64,000 nt of DNA from Nitrospirales bacterium. Lineage in GTDB: Bacteria > Nitrospirota > Nitrospiria > Nitrospirales > UBA8639. A program made the position numbers and the translations under genes. A model generated the notes under the pieces. It saw only the letters and a program-made list of their open reading frames with translations. It did not search any database and was not told the DNA's origin. Positions within the stretch are counted from its first letter, which is position 1. Every line of letters begins with the position of its first letter. Shown here piece after piece: positions 9,295 to 20,197 of this stretch. The stretch spans positions 3,520,001 to 3,584,000 of the forward strand of contig OY820905.2 in assembly GCA_963555755.3 (NCBI GenBank). The letters are read 5' to 3'.

Positions 9295-10698
9295 ATGCGC
9301 GCAACCATTTTTGTTACAGATGATGATGATGCCGTTCGAGCAGCGATCACTCGACGATTATCGCGAGGAGGCGTTCACGAAGTACGCAATTTTGACTCAG
9401 GGGAAGCGCTCCTGGAAGCTCTGGATCATGATATTCCCGACATCGTCCTGCTCGACCTTAAAATGACCGGCATCAGCGGTCTGGAAACCCTCAAGCTCCT
9501 CCGCCCCAAAGCCCCACACACCTTAGTCATTCTTCTCACTGCCTTTGGCACAGTTGAGGATGCCGTCGAAGCCATGAAGCTCGGGGCCTATGATTTTTTG
9601 ATCAAAAGCGTTGATCTCTCTGGAGTCAATCCGGTAGTCCAACGTGCCGTGGAATATCTAACCTTAAAGCGCCGCGTCTTGTTCGAATCAGAAGACGTCT
9701 CCAATCGTTATGCCTTCAACAATCTCATTGCCAACAGCGCCAGCATGCGAGAGCTCATGTCCCAAGTACAAGAGCTCACAAATAACACGAAAACGACGGT
9801 CTTGTTACAAGGTGACACTGGGACCGGAAAGGAATACATCGCCCGAATTCTTCATCACAACGGACCTCGCAAAGACGGCCCATTTGTCGGAGTCAACTGC
9901 ACCGCCATTCCCCAAGAATTATTTGAAAGCGAGTTATTTGGCTATGAACGCGGGGCGTTTACTGGCGCGACTCACCGAAAACCTGGGTTATGCGAACAAG
10001 CGGAAGGGGGCACCCTGTTTCTTGATGAAATCGGCGACCTCAATCCGTCCTTGCAAGCCAAACTGTTACGTGTCCTCCAAGAACGATCGTTTCGCCGACT
10101 GGGTGGTCAAGAAGATATCGAAGTTGATTTCCGTCTAATCGCCGCGACGAATCGCGATTTGAAAAAAGAAGTCAGCCAGGGCCACTTTCGAGAAGATTTA
10201 TTCTTTCGCCTCAATGTCGTGGCCTTGGAACTTCCACTTCTTCGCAATCGGGTTGAAGATATTTCACCATTAAGCCTTAGTTTTCTGTGTCAACACAGCA
10301 AAGACATTGGCAAAGACATCACGAACATCGAAGACGAAGCACGTGGCATGCTTGAACGCTACGACTACCCCGGCAATATTCGCGAATTGGAAAATATCAT
10401 TGAACGCGCTGTGATTTTTTGTAAGGGCAAATCATTAATGTCCGGGGACTTGCCACGAGAACTCCATGAAAGCAGTTCAAGGAAGGTGGTTGAAGCCTCA
10501 ACACAACACGACCAACAAATTTTGCGCATGGAAATGGTCTTAGGCGAACAATCACTCGCTGACGTTGAAGCGGCCATCATCGAAGAAGCCATGAGCCTAT
10601 GCGGACACAACAAAAGCTTAGCCGCACAAAAACTCGGACTCACTCGGTTCGCACTCGATCGCCGTTTAAAGAAAACCTCTGAAGAAGGGGAAGAATAA
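9295..10698 (+). CDS. sigma54-dependent response regulator (NtrC family)
   Basis: Receiver domain, [33 protein letters not shown], Fis-type HTH. Confidence 0.95.
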   Translation: MRATIFVTDDDDAVRAAITRRLSRGGVHEVRNFDSGEALLEALDHDIPDIVLLDLKMTGISGLETLKLLRPKAPHTLVILLTAFGTVEDAVEAMKLGAYDFLIKSVDLSGVNPVVQRAVEYLTLKRRVLFESEDVSNRYAFNNLIANSASMRELMSQVQELTNNTKTTVLLQGDTGTGKEYIARILHHNGPRKDGPFVGVNCTAIPQELFESELFGYERGAFTGATHRKPGLCEQAEGGTLFLDEIGDLNPSLQAKLLRVLQERSFRRLGGQEDIEVDFRLIAATNRDLKKEVSQGHFREDLFFRLNVVALELPLLRNRVEDISPLSLSFLCQHSKDIGKDITNIEDEARGMLERYDYPGNIRELENIIERAVIFCKGKSLMSGDLPRELHESSSRKVVEASTQHDQQILRMEMVLGEQSLADVEAAIIEEAMSLCGHNKSLAAQKLGLTRFALDRRLKKTSEEGEE

Positions 10699-10713
10699 CC
10701 TGGAAGGTCGAAG

Positions 10714-12585
10714 CTAACTTGCTGCGTATTGTTCCCGCGCAGACCGACTCAGGACATTCTCAATTCTTGGTTCAGGGTGGTGATTAGACTCAACAAACTC
10801 TAACCCGGCTCGATGAGATTGAGCCCAAATAACCTTGGCCCGTAGAAAAAGAGGCAGTCCGTAATCAGAAGAGTAGAGGGTAAGATCAAGAAGACTGCCT
10901 TCTCCAATGGGTTGCTCGAGTTGCTCAAGTCCCATACCTCTAGGGCTCCAATCACTAATTTCCCCCCAAGACTGGGTTCCGAAGAGTTGAACGGCGGCGC
11001 GCCCTTGTCCAGGAACACGAGAAACCTGTCGATCATCTCTATCGATGACCGTATGAATGCGCATGAACCGTTCACGGCCCTTCACCCGGACTTCATCAAG
11101 ATAGCGTGAGTGGCAGGAGAAGGCCATAGCTTGATGGGTCGATTCGCTCATAACAATCGGCACACGGTACACCTTCGAAAGCTCTTCAAGATTCGCGGCA
11201 AGATTCACCGTATCACCAACAGCCGTATAATCAGTCCGTTGGGCTGATCCCATTGTGCCGACTAAGACCTCACCAGTGTGAATGCCAATCCCACAGGCCA
11301 GGGCGCTGCCATACTGCTTCTGAAAATGTGCGGCAAGACGCCGAAGCCGCCGTTGACAATCCAAAGCCGTGTGCACAGCTCGACGTGCATGATCGGGCTG
11401 TGAATGTGAGGCATAAAACAAGGCCATGACTGCATCCCCCATGTACTTATCAATCGTCCCACCATGGAGGACAACCGCCTCTGTCATTTCTGTGTAATAC
11501 TCACCTAAAAAATCACAGACTTCTTCAGGGGATAAGGTCTCAGCCATTCGTGAAAATCCACGAATATCCGCAAACAATACCGTGACTATTCGGCGTTGTT
11601 GAGAAACAGACCGCGGCGAATACTTTGAGGAGGGTAGGGCTGCATGAGGAGAGGAACACTCAGAAGTATAACCAGCAAACTTAGATGTCTCTTGAATCAG
11701 TCCCTTGGTGAAGAACGCGGCACACCCAAACACCAAAGCCAAAGGAACAGGGACAAGATCCACCCATAAAATTGTATGGGCGACCAACCCATAGGCCGTA
11801 GCCAAATACGCGACTCCTAGCAGTCCTACAACCCCGACACCAAGGACACTCCCCAAACGACTGGAAAGCCAAACAGCAACAAGACTCCCGACGAGAATCA
11901 AGAACAGCATGACGGGTTCGGATACTCGAGTGGGAAAGGGCGAAGGGGTTTTCCCAGCCTGGTTCCCAAGAGTCATGGCCTCATTTTTCAAAGCCATCTG
12001 AAGGGAATCAGGAACCGTATCCCCCGAAATAGTGTAGGCATTTGCCAACACCTTGCTCCACCTAAGAGTACAAGGAGGGGTACAGAATTCGTTCTTAAAA
12101 AAAATGGGATCAGTTTGTTGAAGAAAGTCCCTTGGAAATGTTAAAGGAACAAATTGTTTGTTCATAGGGAGGGAAGAAAATTCTATGGCATCCGGCTGAA
12201 TAGATCCTTGAACTCGAAGTTGCGCATGGAGGCCCCATTGTTCAATGGGCTCAAATACCCCACCAATAAAGGCTACAGTAACCGTCATGGCCACCAACAG
12301 CCCCTGAAATATTAGAAGGAGCCTTGGTTTAAACGGACTCACGAAGGAGAGCGCATGCGACCACGTCATGGTCGTCAAACAACGCTTCCAATGCTCGGGC
12401 AAGAAAAAGAAAAACAGGACTAGAAAAATAAGAAAACTCGCAAGGTTAATGGGATCAATCCCAATTTTGGTGGAGTAAGGCGAAACCCTCTTACACTCCG
12501 CTCGTATCACCCCTCGTCCATTGTCATTTTGACCCTTGGGAGAACTCTCCCCCATTCCCGCCCGGGTCACGTTCTTTCGGGCCAA
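10714..12585 (-). CDS. Class III adenylate/guanylate cyclase with membrane segments and a C-terminal PilZ-like domain; N-terminal sensor looks degenerate and the start is uncertain
   Basis: TVLFADIRGFS, IDKYMGDAVMA, GIGIHTG, YTAVGDTVN; PilZ-like RxxxR and DWSPRG. Confidence 0.8.
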   Translation of the reverse strand: MARKNVTRAGMGESSPKGQNDNGRGVIRAECKRVSPYSTKIGIDPINLASFLIFLVLFFFFLPEHWKRCLTTMTWSHALSFVSPFKPRLLLIFQGLLVAMTVTVAFIGGVFEPIEQWGLHAQLRVQGSIQPDAIEFSSLPMNKQFVPLTFPRDFLQQTDPIFFKNEFCTPPCTLRWSKVLANAYTISGDTVPDSLQMALKNEAMTLGNQAGKTPSPFPTRVSEPVMLFLILVGSLVAVWLSSRLGSVLGVGVVGLLGVAYLATAYGLVAHTILWVDLVPVPLALVFGCAAFFTKGLIQETSKFAGYTSECSSPHAALPSSKYSPRSVSQQRRIVTVLFADIRGFSRMAETLSPEEVCDFLGEYYTEMTEAVVLHGGTIDKYMGDAVMALFYASHSQPDHARRAVHTALDCQRRLRRLAAHFQKQYGSALACGIGIHTGEVLVGTMGSAQRTDYTAVGDTVNLAANLEELSKVYRVPIVMSESTHQAMAFSCHSRYLDEVRVKGRERFMRIHTVIDRDDRQVSRVPGQGRAAVQLFGTQSWGEISDWSPRGMGLEQLEQPIGEGSLLDLTLYSSDYGLPLFLRAKVIWAQSHRAGLEFVESNHHPEPRIENVLSRSAREQYAAS

Positions 12586-12700
12586 GCGATTTCTCCTTGC
12601 ACTCGAAATGACAGAAGGAAGCCTTCTAGTTGTTCATCCAACCAGACTTGCTCCTTACCACTTCCGCCTCTTGTCATTTCGACCCTTGGGAGAAATCTCG
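12522..12700. repeat. REP-like palindrome family (TGTCATTTCGACC...GAGAAATCTC), one full and one partial copy
   Basis: Same unit recurs at 56899-56996 and 57100-57197. Confidence 0.6.
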
Positions 12701-12821
12701 CCATTCCTGCCACGCCTGAGCAGGCTGTTCACCCCTCAACACGGTCCCCATAACCTGCGGCGGGCCATGGAATAGGTCCCAATTCCACCAAAATTGCAAC
12801 TGGTCCGGTTAATGGTGATCC

Positions 12822-12987
12822 CTAGGAGCCTGTCCGAGATTAGCGATCGTCACGAGAATGTGCTGGTTTGAGTCAGATGTTTCGATCATTTGAGGCGAAT
12901 AGTGGGACTATTCAACGAAAGATCGGAAGATCTGGCCACATCCAGCAACCCCGCAGCAGATCAGTCTAATCTTGGACAGGCTCCTAG
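12822..12987. mobile_element. MITE with ~22-bp terminal inverted repeats bounded by CTAG
   Basis: CTAGGAGCCTGTCCGAGATTAG ... CTAATCTTGGACAGGCTCCTAG; a further left end occurs near 14735. Confidence 0.7.
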
Positions 12988-13257
12988 AACACGGCATTTG
13001 CTCTAACCTTTATGAGCAATTTTTATTCCTTGCGAATACATCGCTCTAATCCATTGAAAGTACTAGAGATTTGAAGTTGGTGAAAATTAAATGATTCTAG
13101 AGACATCCCAAAAATGGAAAAAGCGTATGAAAAAAGTGACACAGATGTAGGGCATAGCCTACGGTTGGTTTAACCTAGAAACGGCAGTTGGGCGCAAAAA
13201 AGACGTGTAAGATATTGGGGTGCATGGTGAAATAAAAAAAGTCGTGGTCACCTCGGT

Positions 13258-14699
13258 GAGTCAAGCCCAAAGTTAGTTGAAATTCTCCACGGCTCCAGGG
13301 GTCATGGTACGCGGCCTTCTTGGTCGTGGGCATCTTAAGTGTGAGTTCCCGTCGTAGGGCTTCCCGCAAGCGGTGCAAGTGCCGATAGCCTTTCACCTTG
13401 TTGAGCCGCGGCTCGATATCCAGCAACGCCGTGGCCAACCAGCGCTGCCGCTGGTTCGAGTTCGTCCACCGATCTACCTTGGCACATCGTTCTTCGACCA
13501 AAGCCTTGATCGACTCCAGACCGTGGGTCGTTTTCAAGGAGGTCCCCAAGAGGGCAACCACTCCTAATCGATGCCGCGTCAACGTTTCCTCCAGCCCTTC
13601 TGCGAGACTCTGCGTGGCCGATTGATTTCGAGTCTCCAGGTCCCGTTGCAGGCGGTGTAACGCCGTCCGGGCTTCCGCATACGTCGGGCGCTGATACGCC
13701 CGTTGCAGCCGGGTGCGCCAGGTAGCCTGTTCGCCTTTGGGGAAATGCTTCACCACATTTTCCCGTGTGTGCCACTGGAACCGTTGGCCTAGGGCTAAAG
13801 AGCCAAAGGCCTGCCGCACTGCCGCTCGCAAGCCCTTCCCGCCATCGATGATGACCAACAGGCCCTGAGCACTGTCGAGCCCGCGGTCACCCACCGACTG
13901 GAGGAACGAGGTCAGGACCTCCGCGTTTTCGGTGCCCGTCTCGACAAAGCCAAGAAGGTGTTTCTCGCCGGTGAGCGTGATGCCTACGGCGACCACCATC
14001 AGCATGTCGGCGAAGGCCTTCCCATCCAGAAACACCGCCACCAGATCCAGCTGGCTCAGGTCCCGTTCTTGGAGGGCCTTGAGCTGTTGGGCGCTGGCTT
14101 GCGTAAACGTGCGCGACACCGTGGAACTCGACAAGCCGATCGCCCCTGGCACCGCGGCGGCCGCTGTCTCATAATTGCGACACGAAATCCCCTACAGCAC
14201 ACGTTTGAGGAGCACGTCATCCAAGGCCCCGTGCGCCCGCAAGGGGGGGAGCACGGTTAACGGAATTTCGGTCTCCCCATCGGGTTGGCGCACCCGCGGA
14301 ATCCGGAGCGGCACTTGTTGGCCGGCGAGTCGGACACTGCCGGGATTACTCCCATGCCGCCGCCCGGGAAGCGGCGAGGCTTTCCGGGCATAGCGGGGCC
14401 CGGCTACCGTACAGACCTCTGCTTCCAAGAGGGCCTGAACATGGAGGAGGCCCAAGGGGCTGAGGGCCCGAATACATTCGACTTTCGTCTCCACATCAAA
14501 CGCCTCATACTGGTAGGGTCGGAGGACCTGGGCCGGCCCCAACCGTTTGGTCTTCTTGCTTCGCTTCGTGGTTTGCGCAATACTCTTCATGAAGTGGCTC
14601 CTTTCGGCTGCTGGGAAAGATGTCGGTTCTTGGTCGAACGCCATCTCACCACAGTTGAGGCAGCCACTTCAATTTTCAACTAACCTTTAGCACACACTC
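13258..14699 (-). mobile_element. IS256-family element with degraded transposase and 8-bp TSD ACCTCGGT
   Basis: TSD at 13250-13257 and 14700-14707; ends GAGTCAAGCCCAAAGTTAGTTGAA / GAGTGTGTGCTAAAGGTTAGTTGAA; transposase split over ORFs 14192-14644 and 13175-14152 (VFLDGK, IIDGGKGL). Confidence 0.85.
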
Positions 14700-14848
14700 A
14701 CCTCGGTGGCGATAAGACATTTTTTTATTGTGCGAGGAGCCTGTCCGAGATTAGGGATCGTGACGAGGGGACGCCGGTTTGATACTACACGCTTTAAGGA
14801 GTGGTTCAAGGCTTGGATCGAAACCGAATGGTGAGGTTGGGAATGGCT

Positions 14849-14903
14849 GTAACGGAGAAAATATATTAATCTCATTGCCGTAACGGAGAGAATATATTAA
14901 TCT
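14849..14903 (+). repeat. 24-bp direct repeat (period 31) upstream of the secretin gene
   Basis: GTAACGGAGAAAATATATTAATCT / GTAACGGAGAGAATATATTAATCT. Confidence 0.7.
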
Positions 14904-14915
14904 AATTAAGGGTCA

Positions 14916-15971
14916 GTGAAAGACCAACTACCTTTTTGTGTTATGCAACCGTGTACCCTGTTCAACAAACTTACCCCCCAATACCTCACGCATCCGGTGC
15001 AACGCATGGGTGAACGTCCGGACAAATATTGCAGGTGGCTGCCACCTGTCTGCATGCTAAGCCTTCTGTTGTTCCTGGTGGGGTGTACAATGCCATCCCT
15101 GAAGAAGGGGGGAGAGTATGCGGTTCTGGTAGAAGCCTACAAGACAAAAAATGCTCAGTTGCAAGCACAACGCCAACAAGCTCTGTCAAAGGGCATCAGG
15201 GAACTGCAAGTTATCAAGGGCGAACCGCCGGACCACTTTCGCGTCAGTGTTGATCTGACCAATGCTTTGCTGCCAGTGGTCGTCGGTCGGGTGCTGGACG
15301 CCACCGAAATCCCCTACCTGTTCAATGAGACCGTGTTGACCGGAAAAGTTACGGCCCGATTTCAGAACCTTCCACTACAACTTGCGCTCAATTTACTCCT
15401 GGACTCAAGGGGACTTTCGGTCGTGTGGAAGGATAACGTGTTAGTCTTCCGCAGGGGTGTGGCAGAAGGTCCGGTAATCGCCTCACCTGCACAACCTGAT
15501 GACGTCGCAGGGAAATCTAATGGCGCCGCCGGAGAACCGCCCGGTCCAAATCCCAAAGCCACTAAGTACCTGGAAATCCCGATGCAATATATTGATATGG
15601 AGACAGTTAGCAATTTTTTAAGCGGTCTTTTTCCCAACAACGACGATGAGGGAGGTTTCCTCTCTTATGGACTACAACCCAATACCAACACCGTCTTTTT
15701 ACTCGGGCCGGGTGACCAAGTGAACAGGGCTGCCGCGCTCCTGCGTAAGGCCGATCACGCTCCGGCACATGTCTTCATCGAGGCGTTGGTGGTCCAGTTC
15801 AGTTCCGAAGAGTTAGAAGCGCTGGGTATTGATATTACCAACATCTCAGCCGGACAGTTTAGCGACGTTGTCAGTAACTTTGGCAGTCTGGCCTCGCCTG
15901 CGGCTGTCGTTACCTTCATCAATAGCGATCGCAATATTACCAGTTTGACAGCCACAATTGAAGCGTTGGTC
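14916..15971 (+). pseudogene. Secretin (GspD/PilQ family, lipoprotein-type), 5' part, interrupted
   Basis: LFLVGC lipobox, STN/N-domain-like segment, HVFIEALVVQFS..ELEALGID; cut at IEALV by the transposon. Confidence 0.8.
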
Positions 15972-17875
15972 CAGGGCCATTTCATTCTTTTTATAAGCAA
16001 GGGATTCCATGAGGTTTTTTGTGCCCTCTTTTTCAGGGCAGGGCCATGCGGATGGCTAAATGGGGCTTGCCCCAGAGCAGTCTACACGCCTGCGCGATAT
16101 TGGTGTAGCCTTTCAGGCGTAAGAGACTGATGGCATAGCGTCTCAGACAGGTCATGACCATTGGGCCATTGAGACTTCGTATCTGACTCCTGTCTTCATC
16201 AAAGGTGACGTCCAACACATAATGCTGCTTATTCTCCACACTCCAATGCTTTCGGTTTTGCGAGAGGATGGTCTTCGGCCCCGCCTTGTCTTTGGACTGA
16301 CTCGTGACACCGCAGACCGCTTCGACGGTCGTGAGGCCCTGCTTGAGATGCGTCACTTCCCTCTCAATGCAGAAGACTTGCTGGACATGAGGAAAGTTGA
16401 CATAGGCATTCAGGGAGTCATCGCACCAGATCCTGCGGGTCGTGATCTGCCCATGGCCTTTCTCGGTGGTGGCATAATCGCACCGGCGTGCTCGCAACGC
16501 TAAGGCCTCAATGTCGTGCTTCAAGGTGGGCTGGTTTCCCTTGACGGTGAAGACGAAGTCGGCGCCGCGTTCGTGCACCAGGTACTCGGCAATCTCTTTC
16601 TGGGTGAGGAGCGCATCCGCCGTGATCACCTTCCCTGCGATCTCGAGCGCATCTAACAGGGGCCGCACGCAGGGGATCTCATTGGTCTTGGAGTGAACTT
16701 TTTTTGGGTGAGGTGGCGCCCGGCTTGATGGGTGACGGCGCTGAGGACGTGGGGCTGTTCGCTTGGGACCTTCGACGTCCCCCGCATGGTCTTCCCATCA
16801 ATGGCAATGCCCTGATCCTCCCCGCCGAAGGTGTCCAGCCACCGGCCGAGCAGGGTATCGACTTCACAGGGGTCGACGGCCGTGATAAAGCGGTAAAGAG
16901 TGCTGCGGCTCGGGACGAGGTAGCGCCCCCCTCGCTGAGTACAGCCTAGCCGCTTGCGCATCGGCTGCGATAACTGCTGGGCCCAGTCCGAGATCGCTTC
17001 ATAGCCGCGCGCGCCGCACAAGGTGGCACAGAACATGATCGCCGTGAGGGCGCGTCGGGTGTGCCGTTGCCCTTGCAAATGGCGGGGATCGGTCAGCTGC
17101 ACCACATACGTAAAGAGGGAGTCCGTCTGTTTTGTATTCAATCTCATCTGAGGCGCTTCTCCTTTCTGATAGGGCTGATCAAGCATCGGGCGTGCAAGGA
17201 TCTCTCGGGCTTGGGGATGCAGCCGCACGACTAGGATGCGCTTCGGTCTCTCATGCTGAACATAACACGTGTTCGACTTGCGAAACCCTCGTGTCAGACC
17301 GAGCTCGTGCCACCCGGCGGCCCGATAGCAGGTCCCGGTGAAGCGGGCAGGATCGACGAAGGTCTCTAAGAGGAGCAAGGGGTAGCCGTGGTACAGTTGC
17401 CAATCGGCCGAGATCCGTTTCGCGCAGAGCGACAGGACTTTCGAGGCGAGGTTCTTTTGCGAACAGCCCGGCAGCATGAGAAACCGGGTGTTGTTGGCCA
17501 GTAAATGGAGTCGTTGCCATTGAAAACAGGGGGGCCAGCCGATCCAGTGGTCTCGCGGTCTCGATTTGAGGGCCGCCGCCGCAAACACCAGCAAGGCCAG
17601 CCAGCGATCCTGCACACAGGCGAGATATTGTATCGATTGGCCAATCAGCGGGGCATGACCGAGGTAGTGGTGTCTGTCGAGAAGGGTCTTGAAGGCGTCC
17701 TTTTCGTCTCGGACAATTGGGCGAACCACGACTTGCCTCAGATCAATGTCCGGCTGTCCGCTTGGCGATTCGTCTGGCATGCAAAAGAGTATGCCGTAAA
17801 CGAAAAGAAAAAGCCAGCCTAAATCGATTATTCCTTATTATCTATAAAGTTACACTTTAATATGAAATAGCCCTG
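15972..17875 (-). mobile_element. ISAs1-family IS copy 1 (DUF4338-like N-terminus; orfA 16653-17780, orfB ending 16033)
   Basis: CAGGGC..TTTCAT terminal inverted repeats; IAIDGKTMRG, TADALLTQ, VKGNQP, HWSVEN..HYVLDVTFDED motifs. Confidence 0.9.
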
Positions 17876-17913
17876 GCACCCATTGGGTGATGGGGTCCAA
17901 TAAAGGAGAAATT

Positions 17914-19008
17914 TCACGAAGACTGGAAAACGGCTTCAATTTCTACGAGAAGATCGTTCCGACAAATATCCCCTTGCAGATAAAGAACTTCCAGAGAATT
18001 CCCAAGATGGTTGGTGACCATTTCCTCAATCTCGCAAAAGTGCTCACGATTTCTGATATACACTTTTGCTAGGGATTGCCTTGCTGCCAAACTACATGAA
18101 ACTGGGAATATTTCTTGGGCATGACGAACGACAGCATCGATGTTACGAAGAGTTTCCTGTGTTTGTTTGGTCGGGTTGCCTGAGTGTTGTGTGGCATGGC
18201 CTACGATACTTGCTGTTCCGGCGAGGAACAGGTGGTGATGGTCCCCGGCTATAGCCATGGTGGCTCTAGCAAAAGATGGGCTTTTCGGTCCATAAAGGTC
18301 AGGGTATTCATAGGCGCTCAGTTGGCGAGGGTTTTCGACATGATTGCCAGGTTGTTTGCCGGCCAGGAAATAAATCTGCAAAGACCCGCTAGGAGTTCCC
18401 ACGGCTGTGGCTGCAGGAAGAATGGCTTGGAATTCCTTTGTCCGGTAGGAAAAGGCTCGATGCCTCCCTTTACAAAACTGCTGATATCGCTCAAGACCAT
18501 GATTTGTGAGGTTAATTTCTGGGAAGTAATTCCACACACGAAAAAGATGAGGATAGCCCAGTTCCGAGATCTGATCCAAGATTAATTGATAGGTTTCACA
18601 AGTGAGATCTTCTAGCGAGAGCGCTGACGATTCCCATACTTGCACTGATCCAAAAAGATAATGTGGGTTGCAGGCAACTTGAAGTCCCTTTTCTTGGACA
18701 TACATAAAAGGATGCTCCCCCAACCACACTTCAACAATCGACTCCTTCTTGAATGGTCTCAGGGGTATGTTTGTTACCGGAATCTGATCCGTTTCTTGAC
18801 CAATAAAGGAAAGAGGTTCACCAAAGCAAACAAGTCCGGCAATGCAGTTTTGAGGGGATTGCAAAATGTCGGCAACCTGGGACACCTCAAGATGTCGGAC
18901 TTGAATGGGATAAAAAGCTGGCTTTCTTAATTCCCAGGCAAAGCGATTTGGCCTTGACTCGGAAGTAGCCTTCCCGGGACCATTGCCTGGAGATGGTTGC
19001 CTAGTCAA
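17914..19008 (-). CDS. FkbO/Hyg5/XanB2-like chorismatase (RidA-fold)
   Basis: RVWNYFPEIN, ERYQQFCKGR, PAATAVG, ENPRQLSAYEYP..YGPKSPSFARA, GTASIVGH, ICRNDLLVEIE. Confidence 0.8.
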   Translation of the reverse strand: MTRQPSPGNGPGKATSESRPNRFAWELRKPAFYPIQVRHLEVSQVADILQSPQNCIAGLVCFGEPLSFIGQETDQIPVTNIPLRPFKKESIVEVWLGEHPFMYVQEKGLQVACNPHYLFGSVQVWESSALSLEDLTCETYQLILDQISELGYPHLFRVWNYFPEINLTNHGLERYQQFCKGRHRAFSYRTKEFQAILPAATAVGTPSGSLQIYFLAGKQPGNHVENPRQLSAYEYPDLYGPKSPSFARATMAIAGDHHHLFLAGTASIVGHATQHSGNPTKQTQETLRNIDAVVRHAQEIFPVSCSLAARQSLAKVYIRNREHFCEIEEMVTNHLGNSLEVLYLQGDICRNDLLVEIEAVFQSS

Positions 19009-19761
19009 AATACACCCCTTATGACCACATTACTAAATTCCCTGCTTCCTTAGTTTGTAGGTTTCAAAGTTATCGATAGAATCATGAGGTCGTAGGCCAA
19101 CTTAAAGAGGTCCAAAGGAAATCATGTTGGCGTGGTTCCAAAAATATCATCTGAAATCAAAAATGAAAAACCCAAAAAGTCGGGTTGGCAAAAAAGATTC
19201 TCTTTTCAATTCTAAAAACTGCGAATGTGTATACTGAGGAAAAGTAACCATTATTATCAAATTTTTCGGAAAAGGTGAAGGCTTGTTTGCCAAGATTTGA
19301 CTCATTTGTTGTGCCTCCGTTTTTTGATAACCAACGGGCAGCTGAAACCAAGGCTTCCCTTTTATACGTGAAGGGCTCTAGCCTTCCTTCTCATAAATTT
19401 GCACTCCTCGGCAATAATCTTTCTTCCTCTGAGGAAGTCGATTCATTGTAAAATCTCAAAAGTATTTTCATCTTGTGCTCAATATAGACCCCCAAATATT
19501 TGATGTATGCCATTGCCTCTTTATGAAATTGGCGAGTGAGTGGCATAAAACTTCTTTTGGAGGGGACCGTGTAATCATGAGGGAATACTTTGGGCATCTC
19601 ATGGGACCTCTTCCTAAATGAAAGAATTAGCCCTTGCCTTAATTTTTGAGTTATGAGGTAATGGCAGCCATAATTTTTGGGTTTTTCTTGGGGAACAGTA
19701 ACTTCCCTGATATGTAGACACAGGGTATAGTGGCAACTTTTTTTACTTTCAAGGAAATCTT

Positions 19762-20190
19762 ATGGACAAAAAATTTACTAGAAGTTCCCTATGTACTGGA
19801 CAGTTTCCCCATCCATCCCGCCATTCCTGCTTGGTTTTGGCATTGATTCTTTCCTTCTTGTTCCTCCCGGGCTGTGTATTTGTTCGAGGAAATGTAGGGG
19901 AAGCTTTCAAAGATGAAGATATCGCACTTATCCATAAGGGGAGTTCAACCCGGGAACGTGTGGCAATTCTCCTTGGCGCCCCCATAGAAATTCTGGACGT
20001 AAGCGGATATGAAATTTTTCACTATCGTCGCTTTGATAGTAAATTAGGATACTTCCTGTTTTTATCACGGATGAATATCACGAGTGATCATGTGTATGTA
20101 TTTTTTAATGAAAAAGGGATTGTGGAGGAACTGGTGTATGGGAAACGCAGTCCCAATCTCCAATTCCAAATATGGCCATTTGGGGAATAG
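19762..20190 (+). CDS. SmpA/BamE-like lipoprotein
   Basis: FLPGC lipobox; IHKGSSTRERVAILLGAP. Confidence 0.65.
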   Translation: MDKKFTRSSLCTGQFPHPSRHSCLVLALILSFLFLPGCVFVRGNVGEAFKDEDIALIHKGSSTRERVAILLGAPIEILDVSGYEIFHYRRFDSKLGYFLFLSRMNITSDHVYVFFNEKGIVEELVYGKRSPNLQFQIWPFGE

Positions 20191-20197
20191 GTTAGTC

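Noticed and set aside
16653..17780. Druantia anti-phage system
   Set aside because: Only a DUF4338-like domain inside an IS; no DruE helicase or partner genes.
19391..19597. 68-aa ORF in the transposon cargo
   Set aside because: No recognisable motif; cannot be supported from sequence alone.
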